Below, piece after piece: positions 1-10,704 of a stretch of DNA of 64,000 nt. The notes under the pieces were generated by a model that was given only the letters and a program-made list of their open reading frames with translations, was not told where the DNA came from and did not search any database. Where the stretch lies: NCBI GenBank assembly GCA_963797225.1, contig CAWCOO010000003.1, positions 13,202 to 77,201 of the forward strand. Reading direction: 5' to 3'. How positions within the stretch are numbered: the stretch's first letter is position 1; each line of letters opens with the position of its first letter. The position numbers were made by a program, and so were the translations under genes. Origin of the DNA: an uncultured Microthrixaceae bacterium (GTDB taxonomy: Bacteria; Actinomycetota; Acidimicrobiia; Acidimicrobiales; Acidimicrobilacustridaceae).

Positions 1-841
1 GCCGCCCACGCCAAGGGCGTCGTCGCCTACGGCACGTTCACCGCCACCCCCGAGGCCAGCACCATCAGCCGGGCCGCCCACCTCGCCGGACCGCCGGTCG
101 AGGTGATCGCTCGGTTCTCCAACTTCCCGGGCGGCGCCTCGCACCCCGACGCTGCTCCGGAATCCAACCCACGAGGCCTGGCCGTGCAGTTCCGCCTGCC
201 CGACGGCACCAGCACCGACCTGCTCGCCCATTCCATCAACGGGTTCCCAGGCCGCACGGTCGAAGACTTCGCTGACTTCCTCTTCGCCATCGCGCCCGAT
301 GGCCCTGGGCCCGAGGCCTACCTCGCCGGCCACCCTGCGGCGGCAGCGTTCGTCAGAGCGATCCAGACCCACGGCTCGCCGGCGAGCTACGCCACCCTGC
401 GCTACTACCCGGTCAACGCCTTTCTCTTCCAGAACCACGACGGGATCACCTGCGCAGGCCGCTACACCCTCGAGCCGGTGGAGGGCGTGCACCTGCTCAC
501 CGACGGCGCGGTCGCCTCGGTCGGACCGGACTACCTCGCCGAGGAACTCACCCAGCGCCTCGAGACCGACAGCGTCGTCTTCTCCCTCATGCTCACCATC
601 GCCGAGGCGAGCGACCCGACCAACGACGCCAACGCGGCAATGGCCCGCCGACCGGCGCCGCGTCGAGCTGGGCCGGCTGCGCCTCCAGCGCCTCGCCGAC
701 GACAGCGAAACCGCGCAGCAGGGCCTGTTCTTCGACCCTGTCCGGCTCGTCGATGGCATCACCCTCTCCGACGATCCCCTCCTGGTCGGCCGGACCCGGA
801 CCTATCCCCTGTCGTTGGCCCGCCGCCACGAGACGCCCTGA
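1..841 (+). CDS. catalase-related haem peroxidase (small catalase-fold family); 5' end outside window; one frame break near 638-640
   Basis: Frame 1 is open from nt 1 (AAHAKGVVAYGTFTA..RFSNFPGG..NPRGLAVQFRLPDG) and runs to ..DPTNDANAA. The family-typical continuation WPADRRRVELGRLRL..FDPVRLVDGI..DPLL is only in the +1 frame (ORF 299..841). One extra base at gcggcaAtgg explains it. Confidence 0.7.
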
Positions 842-968
842 CCACACCGGGACCTGCCCCAAGCCGACACGACTGGGGATGCCCCCCGATTCGAGCCCGG
901 CCCGCACTTCCTATCGTCCGAACCACCCCACGAGAGCCGCTCGACGGCCCACCCCGAAGGAGATCCCC

Positions 969-1790
969 ATGGCCACGAACCCCGACCAAGCCCCCGACAC
1001 GATCGTTCTGATCCACGGCTTGTGGATGACCGCGCTGAGCTGGGAGCACTGGGTCGACCGCTACCGCGACCAGGGCTACCGCGTGATCGCCGAGAGCTGG
1101 CCCGGCATGGACGGCGACATCGATCAGGTTCGCGCCGACACGTCCAAGTACGACGACCTCGGCGTCACCGAGGTCGCTGACCACTACAGCGAGATCATCG
1201 AAGGACTCGAGACGCCACCGATCATCATGGGTCACTCCTTCGGCGGCCTCATCACCCAGCTGCTGCTCGATCGCGGCCTCGGCCGCGCCGGCGTGGCCAT
1301 CGACTCCGCGCCGATCAAGGGCGTGCTGGCCCTGCCCGTGAGCACGCTGCGCACCGGGTTCCCGGCCCTGAAGAACCCGAAGAACGACCACCGCGCCGTG
1401 ACCCTCACCCCCGAGGAGTTCCACTACGCGTTCACCAACACCCTCACCGATGAGGAGTCCCTCGCCATCTACGAGCGCTACGCGGTGCCCGGCCCCGGTC
1501 GGCCGCTGTTCCAGGCCGCCTTCGCCAACTTCAACCCGCACGCCGCCACCAAGATCGACTTCCACAACGACGAGCGGGCTCCTCTGCTGATCATCGCAGG
1601 CGGCGACGACCACGTGTCCCCGGTAGCGATCAACAAGTCCGAAGCGAAGCACCAGAGCAAGTCCGCCGCCATCACCGCCTACCAGGAGTTCCCGGGACGT
1701 TCGCACTTCACGCTCGGCCAGGCCGGCTGGGAAGAGGTCGCCGACTTCGCCCTCGCCTGGGCGCAGGACCCCGTGGCCATTCCCGTCTGA
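969..1790 (+). CDS. alpha/beta-fold hydrolase
   Basis: ATG 969 is preceded by GAAGGAG (955-961). Has IVLIHGLWM oxyanion region, GHSFGG nucleophile elbow and late GGDDHV and SHF motifs. The long ORF 753..1790 has an implausible Pro/Arg-rich leader. Confidence 0.85.
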   Translation: MATNPDQAPDTIVLIHGLWMTALSWEHWVDRYRDQGYRVIAESWPGMDGDIDQVRADTSKYDDLGVTEVADHYSEIIEGLETPPIIMGHSFGGLITQLLLDRGLGRAGVAIDSAPIKGVLALPVSTLRTGFPALKNPKNDHRAVTLTPEEFHYAFTNTLTDEESLAIYERYAVPGPGRPLFQAAFANFNPHAATKIDFHNDERAPLLIIAGGDDHVSPVAINKSEAKHQSKSAAITAYQEFPGRSHFTLGQAGWEEVADFALAWAQDPVAIPV

Positions 1791-1974
1791 CGCCCCTTCA
1801 CTCATCCCACCGCCGCCATCCGCCCTTTGGCCGGCCCCTCCCGGGCCGGCCATCGGCGTCGGCGCAGGCACGAACCGCCGGTTCTTGGCGGCGAATGCAG
1901 TCAAAAGACCGAAGTCACGGCAACCACTGCTTCCTTATGGTCGAAGAAGGTCATCGGTCAGAAAGGGGAACGGC

Positions 1975-4826
1975 GTGGTCGGGACACCCAGTGACGAGTC
2001 TGCACTGCTCGGAGGTGCGAACGAGGCCCGAGGCGCAGCCGGTTCCGGTCTCCTACGTGTGGCGCCGGGGGTCTTGCTCGCACGGGCTCAGGAGGAGGCG
2101 CACCTCGAAGATGTCGTCCGGTCTGCTCAAGCCGGACAGAGCGGTGTGCTCGTCGTGCGAGGCGAAGCCGGCATCGGCAAGACATCCTTGCTCGACCAGA
2201 CGGTGACGCGGGCCGAGGACATGCGACTGGCGGTCTTGGCCGGCATCGAGGCCGAGATGGCCATGCCGTACGCCGGTCTCCATCGATTGCTCCTCCCGTT
2301 CATGGACGGTCTCGACGCCTTGGCTGAACCCCAGCAAGATGCGCTGGTCACCGCATTCGGTCTCCGCCGCGGTGCACCGTCAGACCGGTTCCTCGTTGGC
2401 CTCGCCACCTTGAGCGTGCTGTCGGAGGTCGCGGCGCAGCGACCGCTGCTGTGCGTCGTGGACGATGTCCAGTGGCTCGATCAGGAATCGATCGAGGTTC
2501 TCGCTTTTGTCGGCCGCCGGTTGCACGCCGATCGCATCGCGCTGTTCTTCGCCGTCCGCGAACCCGACCTCCGCCGCGGCCTGCTCGACGGGCTACCCAG
2601 ATCGAGGTCGTAGGCCTGCCGAGACCAGAGGCCCTGCGCCTGCTCGAGGCCGCCTTCGGGGATGAGGTCGACCCGAGGGTGTCCGCCAGGCTCTTCGCCG
2701 AGACCGGCGGGAATCCGCTCGCCCTGACCGAGCTCGCTCACGATCTCAGCCCGGCTGAGATGAACGGGACGTCGGCGCTCCCCGATGACCTCCCCCTCAG
2801 TCGACGGCTCGAGGCGGTCTTCCACCGACAAGTCCGGCGCCTGCCAGAGCACGCGCAGCTCCTGCTGCTGGTAGCGGCATCTGAGGCCTCAGCCAACCCC
2901 GATGTCGTCCTCACTGCGCTCAAATCGCTAGGCGTGAGCCTCGATGGCCAGCTGGCGTCCACGGCCGAAGAGCTCCTCGTCCTCCGCCCGCAGGTCGCGT
3001 TCCGCCATCCGCTCATCCGCTCGGCCGTCTATCACGGGGCTTCTCTGGTGGATCGACGTCGGGTCCACAAAGCGTTGGCCGCGGCGCTCGACCGAGATCG
3101 TGACCCCGACCGCCGGGCGTGGCACCTGGCTGCAGCGACCGAAGGACCCGACGACGGGATCGCCGAAGAGCTCGCACGGGGCGCGACCCGAGCCTGTCAG
3201 CGCGGCGGCCCGTTGGCTGAAGCGATGCTCTTGGCCCGGAGTGCTGACCTGACGACCGACCAGCGCACACGCACCGACCGGCGTCTGGCGGCGGCCGAGG
3301 CGGCCTTGGTCGCCGGCGAGGTCCAGCTCGCTGAGCAGCATCTGCTGGGCGTATCCGAGGTGGGCGGGGATCCGAAATTGAAGGCGAGAGCCCGACGGCT
3401 CGATGGCCAACGGCTCCGCCAGCTCGGCCGCCTGGCAGAGTCGTTCGATGCGCTCATCGAGGCGTCCGAGCAGGTCGACCGCTTCGACCAGGATCAACAG
3501 TGCGAAGCGGTGTTCGAGGCACTCGAAGTGCTCGTCACCGCCCGCTTGGTCGCCGCCGACGGGTTCATCGATCGAACCACGCCTCTGGACCTGCAGATGA
3601 GGACTCTCGACGGGGCGTTGTTGTCGCGTAACCCGTTCCTGGACGGCCTCGCCAAGCGCTTCACCGTCGGGCACCAAGAAGCAGCACCGATTCTCGGTCG
3701 ACTGATGAACGAGCTGAAGACCGACAGCATCGCTCGACCCGAGGTCGCCAGGAGCGGATTGCTCGGCTTCTTCGCCGCCCTCGAGGTCTGGGACGACGAG
3801 GCACTCGAGCAATGGATGCTGCGCGTGATTCAGATGGCGCGCGAGGCCGGCGCACTTCATGCACTGCGGATCGCCATGCTGACCATGGCCACCGTTCAGG
3901 TGCTCTTCGGCCGATTCGACCGAGCCCAAGACTTCCATGACGAACACGATGGCCTCGCCTCGGCCATCGGGGGTCACCAAGACTTCTTCCGCCTGCACGA
4001 GACCGAGCTCCTGGCGTGGCAGGGCAAGGAGGCCGACACTCGGACGGCCTGCGACATGATCATGGCGGCGCATGACGCCGCGCTCGGCACGGGCTCGTTG
4101 ATCTACGTCGCAGCCAACGCCCTCGCCGTACTGGATCTGGGTGCTGGTCGATACTCGGATGCCGCCAAGCACCTCCAACGGATCTACGACGACGACCCAC
4201 CCCGCTACGGCGGAGCGACACTTCCTGACATGGTCGAAGCCGGGACCCGCGGCGGCAACAGCTCGTTGGCCACCGACGCCTTGAGCCGGCTCGAGGACCG
4301 CGCCATGGCGAGCATGACTCCTTGGGCCCTGGGGGTTCTCGCGAGGTCACGCGCTTTGAGGTCGAACGACGACGCGGCCGAGGCGCTCTACCGCGACGCC
4401 ATCGATCACCTGACCAACACACGGGTTGGCACCGATCTGGCGCGGGCGCACCTGCTCTACGGAGAGTGGCTTCGGCGGCAGAAGCGCCGCGCTGACGCCC
4501 GGGCCGAGCTGAGACTTGCGCACCAGATGTTTCAGACGATGGGCGCCGACGGATTCGCCGAACGGGCGAGAGCGGAGCTGGAGGCGACCGGGGAGCGAGC
4601 CCGCAAGCGGTCAGTCGAGACGGTGAACGTCCTGACGCCGCAGGAAGCCCACATCGCCCGCCTCGTGGCCGATCACGCCACCAACCGGGAGATCGGTGCC
4701 CAGCTATTTATCAGCGCCAGGACGGTCGAGTACCACTTGCACAACATCTTCCAGAAGCTGCAGATCACCTCTCGGCGCGAGCTGGCCAAGGCATTGCCGG
4801 CAGAAGTGCTCCAACGGCAGACCTGA
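1975..4826 (+). CDS. LAL-type (large ATP-binding LuxR family) transcriptional regulator; one frame break near 2595-2600
   Basis: Walker A GEAGIGKTSLL, Walker B LLCVVDDVQWLD, long helical/TPR-like middle, C-terminal LuxR HTH (LTPQEAHIARLVADHATNREIGAQLFISARTVEYHLHNIFQKL). The N-terminal part (ORF 1885..2613) and the rest (ORF 2451..4826) join at ..LLDGLP/QIEVVGLP.. at a C-run. Start GTG 1975 follows AAAGGGGA; TTG 1885 is an alternative. Confidence 0.8.
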
Positions 4827-4899
4827 CATCAGGTGACCGTTGGCCACCGCCGCCTGGGGCGCCCGCCTCAGAGGACGACCGCCCGGGACCACCGGTCCG

Positions 4900-7672
4900 T
4901 CAGGTCTGGTCGTTCGCCCCGCTACCCAGGGCGCCGTGCAGCTGGCCCCGCGAGCGGATGCCGAGTTTGGGGAAGATGCGGTAGAGGTGGGAGCTCACGG
5001 TGCGGTGCGACAGGAAGAGCCGCTCGCCGATCTCGCGATTGGACAGGCCCTGGGCCGCCAGCTGGGCGATCTGCAGCTCCTGACCCGACAGGCGGGACCA
5101 TGCGTCGGGTTCGCTCGACTTGACCCGCTTTCCCGCCGCGACCAGCTCGGTCTTGGCTCGCTCGGACCAGCCCCGGGCGCCCAGCGAGTCGAAGACGAGC
5201 TGGGACGATTCGAGAAGATCCCGAGATTCGATGACCCTCCGGTGGCGACGCAGCCAGGACCCGTAGGCCAGATCAACACGACCCCGATACCACGGGGCTG
5301 CCGCCGTCGCGAGCGCGTTTGCTTCCGAGAACAGAGCTTCGGCCTCGCCCTCCTCGGCGAGAATCGCACGAGCCAGGGCCATCGCGCGCCGAATGCCCGG
5401 AGCCGGCGTGTCGACCACCATGTCCTCGAACTCCGAGAGGACCTTCCGTCCTTCATCGATCCGACCGATCTGGACGGCGGCATCGGCCAGGTGATCGATG
5501 ATCCACACACACTGAGGTGACTGGTAAGCCTCGTCGTTCGGGTCGGTCATGCGGCGAAACTCGGTGAAGGCTTCGGCCGGAGAAAGCGCCCCCAACGCCG
5601 CGTGGCCGCGCACGAGCTTGGCCCCGTTGAGCAGCGCCCGGTTCCCTGTCACCAAAGCGATCTGCTCGACCTCCGTGGCCGCGGCCGCCGCGGTCGCGAC
5701 GTCACCCCGGACACCAGCGACGTTGCCCTGGCCCAGCAGGGCGCATGCGGCCCACACCGGCTGATCGGTCTCGACCCCGAACCGATAGGCCTCCGCCGAG
5801 GCGACCGCGGTGATCTCCCAGCGGCCGAGGTACAGCGACGAGAACGTCTCGAGCACAAGCGTCTGGGCCAGCAGAGCGACGCGACCTTGCTGGCGGAGAA
5901 CGTCGCTCGCTCGGCGGGCGAAGAACAGCGCCTGGCTGAAATCGCCGACAACGAAGCCAGCGTTGCTCAAGGCCCCGGCCGCAGCTGGATCAACAGCGTC
6001 GTCCTGGGCGTGCAGAGTCAGCTGGTCCATCACGTAGCGGCCCTGAGAGAACGGATCGATCAGGGAGCGGACGAAGATCAGCGCAGGGTGGCTCACCGGA
6101 ACATCGAGGTCGTCCGCACACCGTCGAATGGGGCCTATGACGTCGCCATCGGCCGACTGCCAGTAGGACGACTTGGCCGCGCCGACGAGCAGCTGGACGC
6201 CGAGGCCGTCCTCGCCGCCGTCGTGGGCGCGATTCGCCGCCTCGACCAGCCGCCGGATGTGATCGGGCCCCGCAGGCACGCCGTCGTCGAAGGCCGCCTC
6301 GATGCCGAGCAGACGAGCGGCGTCAGCGGGTTCGAGCGGAAGGGCCCGAGCCGCCGTGGTCAGCCGGCGGACCGCGGTGGCCCGACCGAGCTCGAACGCG
6401 ATCTCGGCCGCTCGCAACAGTCGGTGAGCCTTCCCGCTCGCGTCCGGTGACAGATAGGCCGAGCGCTCGAGCCACTCACCCGCGAGGAGGGGAGCACCGC
6501 GGACCAGAGCGCGATCAGCACCGGCCTCCAGATCCGACGCGATCTCCTCGTCGTCGACCGAGGTCGCCATCGACCGGTGCCACGTAGCTCGATCGGGGTC
6601 GTCGACCAACACCCTGGCGAGGGCTTCGTGCACGCTGCCGCGGTCGCTCACCGACGCTCGATGGACCACCGCTGAGCGCACCAGCGGATGACGGAACTCG
6701 AAGCGCACACCGTCCGTCGTCAGCAGACCAGCCGCGGACGAGCGGTTCCAGCGTCGCCAACGTCTGCGGTTCGTCGAGAAGCTCGTGAGAGGCGAGGATG
6801 GTTTCGTGCACGCGGTCTGACCCCTGCAGAGCGGCCACGAGCGCAAGCGCACGAGTGGGCTCATCCAGCTCGTCGATCCGCGATGCGAAGGTCCGCTCCA
6901 AGCGAGAGGTCAGCGGAACTTCCTCGCCGATCCAACTGTTTGCGCCGGGATCCGTCAGCCCCAGCGCGACGGGCAGCTCGAGCAGGGCGAGCGGGTTCCC
7001 CGCAGCCATTTCGAAAATCCTGACCTCATCGACGTAGGACAGGTCCGGATGGCGCAACCGGAGAAGCTCCCGAGCGGACGTGTCGTCCAGGCCTTCGATC
7101 TGCAAGTGATCGATGGCGAGCTGCGGCGCCGTCTGACTCGGGTCGATCCTGCTGGCGAATACCATGACGACCCGCTCCGCCTCGAGACGACGGGCGACGA
7201 AACGCAGCACGTCCAGACTGGCCGCGTCGACCCACTGGATGTCATCGACCAGCAGGAGCGTCGGCCGAGCCTGGCTGGCATCAGCGATCAGGGCGAGAGC
7301 CCCGAGGGCGACGAACAACGGGTTCGAGACGGCCGAGTCATCGCCGACGCCGATGGCCCCGAGGACGGCCGAACGGTGAGCGTCTGGAACGTCTTCGGCG
7401 AGGTGGAGGATGGGCGCCAAGAGCTGGTGGAGCGCGGCGAACGCCATGTGCTGCTCCGCCTCTGCGCCCGACGCCGCAAGCACACGCAGGTCGCGGTTTC
7501 TCCCCATGCCGGCCACCGCGGCCAGGAGGGCCGACTTCCCCACGCCAGGGTCGCCGACGACGGCCAAGGCCGTTCCCCGGCGATCGATGGCATCGAGCAG
7601 TGCGGCGATCAGGTCGAGTTCCCGTTCTCGCCCGACATGGCCGACATCGGGCGAGCGACCAGGATCGCTCAT
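4900..7672 (-). CDS. LAL-type (large ATP-binding LuxR family) transcriptional regulator; one frame break near 6739
   Basis: Walker A GDPGVGKSALL, Walker B LLLVDDIQWVD, C-terminal LuxR HTH (LSGQELQIAQLAAQGLSNREIGERLFLSHRTVSSHLYRIFPKL). ORF 6515..7672 and ORF 4900..6864 join at ..LEPLV/AAGLLTTDGVRFEFRHPLVRSAV.. (one extra C). Confidence 0.8.
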
Positions 7673-8045
7673 CGACGGCGCTCACATCCGTCGGTGTCGC
7701 CAGTGACTTCGATGCTGGTGCGCACCTCCGAACCGTACTCAGGTTCGGCGGTGACAAGCGATGCCTACGGGCCTGTGACTGGAACGGTTGCTGGCGGACC
7801 CGCGGCACGAGAGCCACCGCCTCAGTCGTCCGTGGGCGGGAATCCGTCTGTTGACGGATGGGATCAGGGCGCAACATGACGAGGAGACCCTCGGACTCGT
7901 CCAAGGACGTGATCACGGTGCGTCGGTCGCTATCCGACCAGACGGGGCGCGGACTCCAGCCGCGCCGATGACGTGAGGTCTCGGGAATCGATGACGATCT
8001 CCACGCCGACGGAAGTACCAGTCGCTCCGACTGTGCGACGCCCGT

Positions 8046-8076
8046 GAAGTTGTGCAGCAGGCTGCTGCACAACTTC
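8046..8076. repeat. perfect 31-nt palindrome (15-nt arms, 1-nt centre) in a ~680-nt non-coding gap
   Basis: GAAGTTGTGCAGCAG-g-CTGCTGCACAACTTC read directly; the arms are exact reverse complements. Function unknown (operator or U-tract-less terminator). Confidence 0.95.
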
Positions 8077-8353
8077 GCGGGCGGTCCTCCGACTCCATGG
8101 TGTCTTGATCAGCGCATCAATCGCTCGGCGATCGGACGCCTCTTCCCCCGGTTTCGCAGAAACATCGAGAATCTCGGCGACCACCACCCACTTCGGGGTG
8201 GGTATGTATAAGGAAGGAGCAACTGCACAGCCCACCCCGAACCTGCGACACCGACCCGACGAGTACCACCCAGGACTCATCCCACCGGCCAGCAACAGCC
8301 CACCCAACCACCTCGTCCCGCCGGGCGAGTTACTTGTTGCTGCATGTATTTCG

Positions 8354-8437
8354 TGTCGGAGGGGGGACTTGAACCCCCACGCCCTTGCGGGCACCAGCCC
8401 CTCAAGCTGGCGCGTCTACCTATTCCGCCACTCCGAC
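8354..8437 (-). tRNA. tRNA-Leu (anticodon GAG), class II with long variable arm; no encoded CCA
   Basis: Reverse complement is GTCGGAGTGGCGGAATAGGTAGACGCGCCAGCTTGAGGGGCTGGTGCCCGCAAGGGCGTGGGGGTTCAAGTCCCCCCTCCGACA. Has a 7-bp acceptor stem, anticodon stem CCAGC/GCTGG with loop TTGAGGG, variable arm CCCGCAAGGG and T-arm GGGGG-TTCAAGT-CCCCC. Closely resembles E. coli tRNA-Leu as I recall it. Confidence 0.95.
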
Positions 8438-8626
8438 GTGGCTTTCGACGACCGTCACCGGCCGTCTATGCGAGGGGTCACCCTAGCGCGGGCGCACCCG
8501 ATCCTCCGAACTGAGAACCACCCGTCCCACGGGGCGAACTTGCCGGGCGGACCACCGACATCCGGCGCTGAGCCCCGCAAGGTCGCACCAGCCAGCCGGC
8601 CGCCCCGGCCATCCGCCGAGAAGGCC

Positions 8627-10330
8627 TCAACCCGTGGAGGCGGTGGTACTGGTCTCGCCGACCCAGATGGAGTCGACCACGAAGGTGCCATCGACGCGGG
8701 GCTGGTACTGCTGCACGTCCCGGCTGAGGCCCACCGCGGTCAGGTACGACCCCAGGGGCATGACCGGCGACTGGCTCAGGATCGAGTTCTCGATCGTGGA
8801 GTACTGCTGGTTGCGGTCAGTCGGGTCCTGGGTGGCCAGCGCGGCGGCCAGGCGGGTGTCGATGTCGGGCGACGAGAACGACGTGGTGTTGTCGAGCGAC
8901 CCCGAGCGGAACAGCGGATCGAGGTAGGCCGCGCCCGAGGGCGCCAGACCGACCCAGCCCGTGCGGAACAGCTGTTGCTGACCCGTGGTCACGAAGCGCT
9001 GGTAGTCGGCCAGCGGCATGGACTTGAGCTCGACCGGGATGCCGACCGACGCCAGGCCGAGCTGCACGACCGATGCCAGCTTCATCGAACCGGGATCGTC
9101 GTCGGTGTCGATCTCGACCGTCGGGATCACCCCGTCGGGGAAGGCCTGGGCCAGCAGCGCCTTGGCCGCGTCGGGGTCGTACTTGCAGGGATCGCCGCAC
9201 GGATCGCCCGACGAGCCGGGCACGCCGGTCGGGATGACCCGGGGGCTGGGCCCGAGACCGGGGACGGTGGCGAGCACGACCGAGTCGCGGTTGACGGCCC
9301 GGACGATGGCCTGGCGGAACAGCGGGTTGGCGAAGGTGGGGCTGGCCACGTTCATGCCCAGGAACTCCTCGGCGCCGAACGGGGCGTAGAGCACCTGGAA
9401 GGTGCCGTTGGCCGCTCCCGGTAGCGGGTTGGCCCGGGCGCCCGGCTGCTCGGCCGGCGGGATCGAGGCCCATTCGGCCTGCCCGGCATCCACCGCCTTG
9501 AGCGCCGACTGGGAGTCGGGGAACCGCTGGGCGTCGACCACGTCGAGCTGCGCCGTCGAGTCCGAGGTGCGGGTCATGTGGATCAGCGGATCGTCGCCCG
9601 ACTCGATCTGGAACGGCCCGGTGCCGATCACCGTGGTGGCGGGCGCCGACCCGGCGGACGTCGACGTGGTCGACCCGGAGCCCTCGTCGGAGGACGACGC
9701 CGCCTCCACCTTCACCACGCCGAACAGGGGTGACCCGAGCAGCAACGGCAGCTCGGTGTCGGGCGCTGCGGTGGTGATCACGAGGGTGTGGTCGTCGCTC
9801 GCCGAGATCCCCGAGAAGTGCTCCGCCTGGTGCGAGACGAACGCCCCGTACCCGGCCACGACGTCGAGCCGGGCGCCGGCCAGCGACTGACCGGCCTTGG
9901 ACGCGATGCGCTCGAGCGAGGCGGCCACGTCCGACGCGGTTACGGGCGAGCCGTCGGAGTAGACCGCGTCGTCGCGCAGCGTGAAGGTCCACGACGTACC
10001 GGCCGAATCAGCGGACCAGCTCGACGCCAGCGCAGGCACCGGCTGCTGCGTGCTCGGATCGACCGACGTCAACGAGTCGGAGGTGAGGTCGACCAGCACC
10101 ATGGCGTCCTGGTCGGTGGGACCGACCACGGTGGGGTCGATGGCCGACCCGTGGATCGTGCCGATGGTGGACGCCACGACCGCCAGCCGGAGAGTGCCGC
10201 CGTGGCGCTCGTCGCCCGGCTCGGGGCCCGCGCTCTTGCCGCTCGAGCAGGCCACGGCCACGAGCAGCGCGAAGAGGATGGGGACGGCAACCAGCCGTCG
10301 TGGAGCCGCCGGCCCCATGGCCCGGTGCAC
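8627..10330 (-). CDS. ABC transporter substrate-binding lipoprotein, family 5 (peptide/nickel type), without adjacent permeases
   Basis: 567-aa ORF. Signal peptide plus lipobox (..LLVAVAC|SSGKS). Length and composition are typical of DppA/OppA-like binding proteins. Start is GTG 10330 or ATG 10318, 17-29 nt after the secG stop. Confidence 0.8.
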   Translation of the reverse strand: MHRAMGPAAPRRLVAVPILFALLVAVACSSGKSAGPEPGDERHGGTLRLAVVASTIGTIHGSAIDPTVVGPTDQDAMVLVDLTSDSLTSVDPSTQQPVPALASSWSADSAGTSWTFTLRDDAVYSDGSPVTASDVAASLERIASKAGQSLAGARLDVVAGYGAFVSHQAEHFSGISASDDHTLVITTAAPDTELPLLLGSPLFGVVKVEAASSSDEGSGSTTSTSAGSAPATTVIGTGPFQIESGDDPLIHMTRTSDSTAQLDVVDAQRFPDSQSALKAVDAGQAEWASIPPAEQPGARANPLPGAANGTFQVLYAPFGAEEFLGMNVASPTFANPLFRQAIVRAVNRDSVVLATVPGLGPSPRVIPTGVPGSSGDPCGDPCKYDPDAAKALLAQAFPDGVIPTVEIDTDDDPGSMKLASVVQLGLASVGIPVELKSMPLADYQRFVTTGQQQLFRTGWVGLAPSGAAYLDPLFRSGSLDNTTSFSSPDIDTRLAAALATQDPTDRNQQYSTIENSILSQSPVMPLGSYLTAVGLSRDVQQYQPRVDGTFVVDSIWVGETSTTASTG

Positions 10331-10346
10331 GCCGAAGCCCGCCCGG

Positions 10347-10580
10347 CTACTTGTTCATCAACAGCGCGAGGGAGACCGACGTGAAGCCGAAGATGATGGC
10401 GGCCACCAACGTGATGCGATCGAGGTTCTTCTCGACCACCGTGGATCCGGCCGCCGACGCACCGAGCCCACCGCCGAACATGTCCGAGAGCCCACCGCCC
10501 TTGCCGCTGTGCAGGAGGATCAGGACGATCAGCGTGCTGCACACGAGCACGTGGACCGCGAGCACGGCATAGAGCAACAT
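10347..10580 (-). CDS. secG: preprotein translocase subunit SecG
   Basis: 77 aa from ATG 10580: MLLYAVLAVHVLVCSTLIVLILLHSGKGGGLSDMFGGG..STVVEKNLDRITLVAAIIFGFTSVSLALL. Two TM segments with the Gly-rich loop typical of SecG. Confidence 0.9.
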   Translation of the reverse strand: MLLYAVLAVHVLVCSTLIVLILLHSGKGGGLSDMFGGGLGASAAGSTVVEKNLDRITLVAAIIFGFTSVSLALLMNK

Positions 10581-10704
10581 CACGAAACCCCGGGGAGACG
10601 GGCGAACAGAACGTGACGAGCGTAGCAGCCGATCGCATCGACCCGATCGCGGCGCCCACCCAGGGTGGCGGCAAGGGGTCCCGGCGAGGAGAAGACCGAG
10701 GGGA

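Noticed and set aside
7930-8394. 154-aa minus-strand ORF next to, and overlapping, tRNA-Leu; possible integrase or small-gene remnant
   Set aside because: Its 5' part overlaps the tRNA gene. I recognise no integrase, excisionase, toxin or HTH motifs, and no att-like duplication of the tRNA 3' end was noticed. It is left as non-coding.
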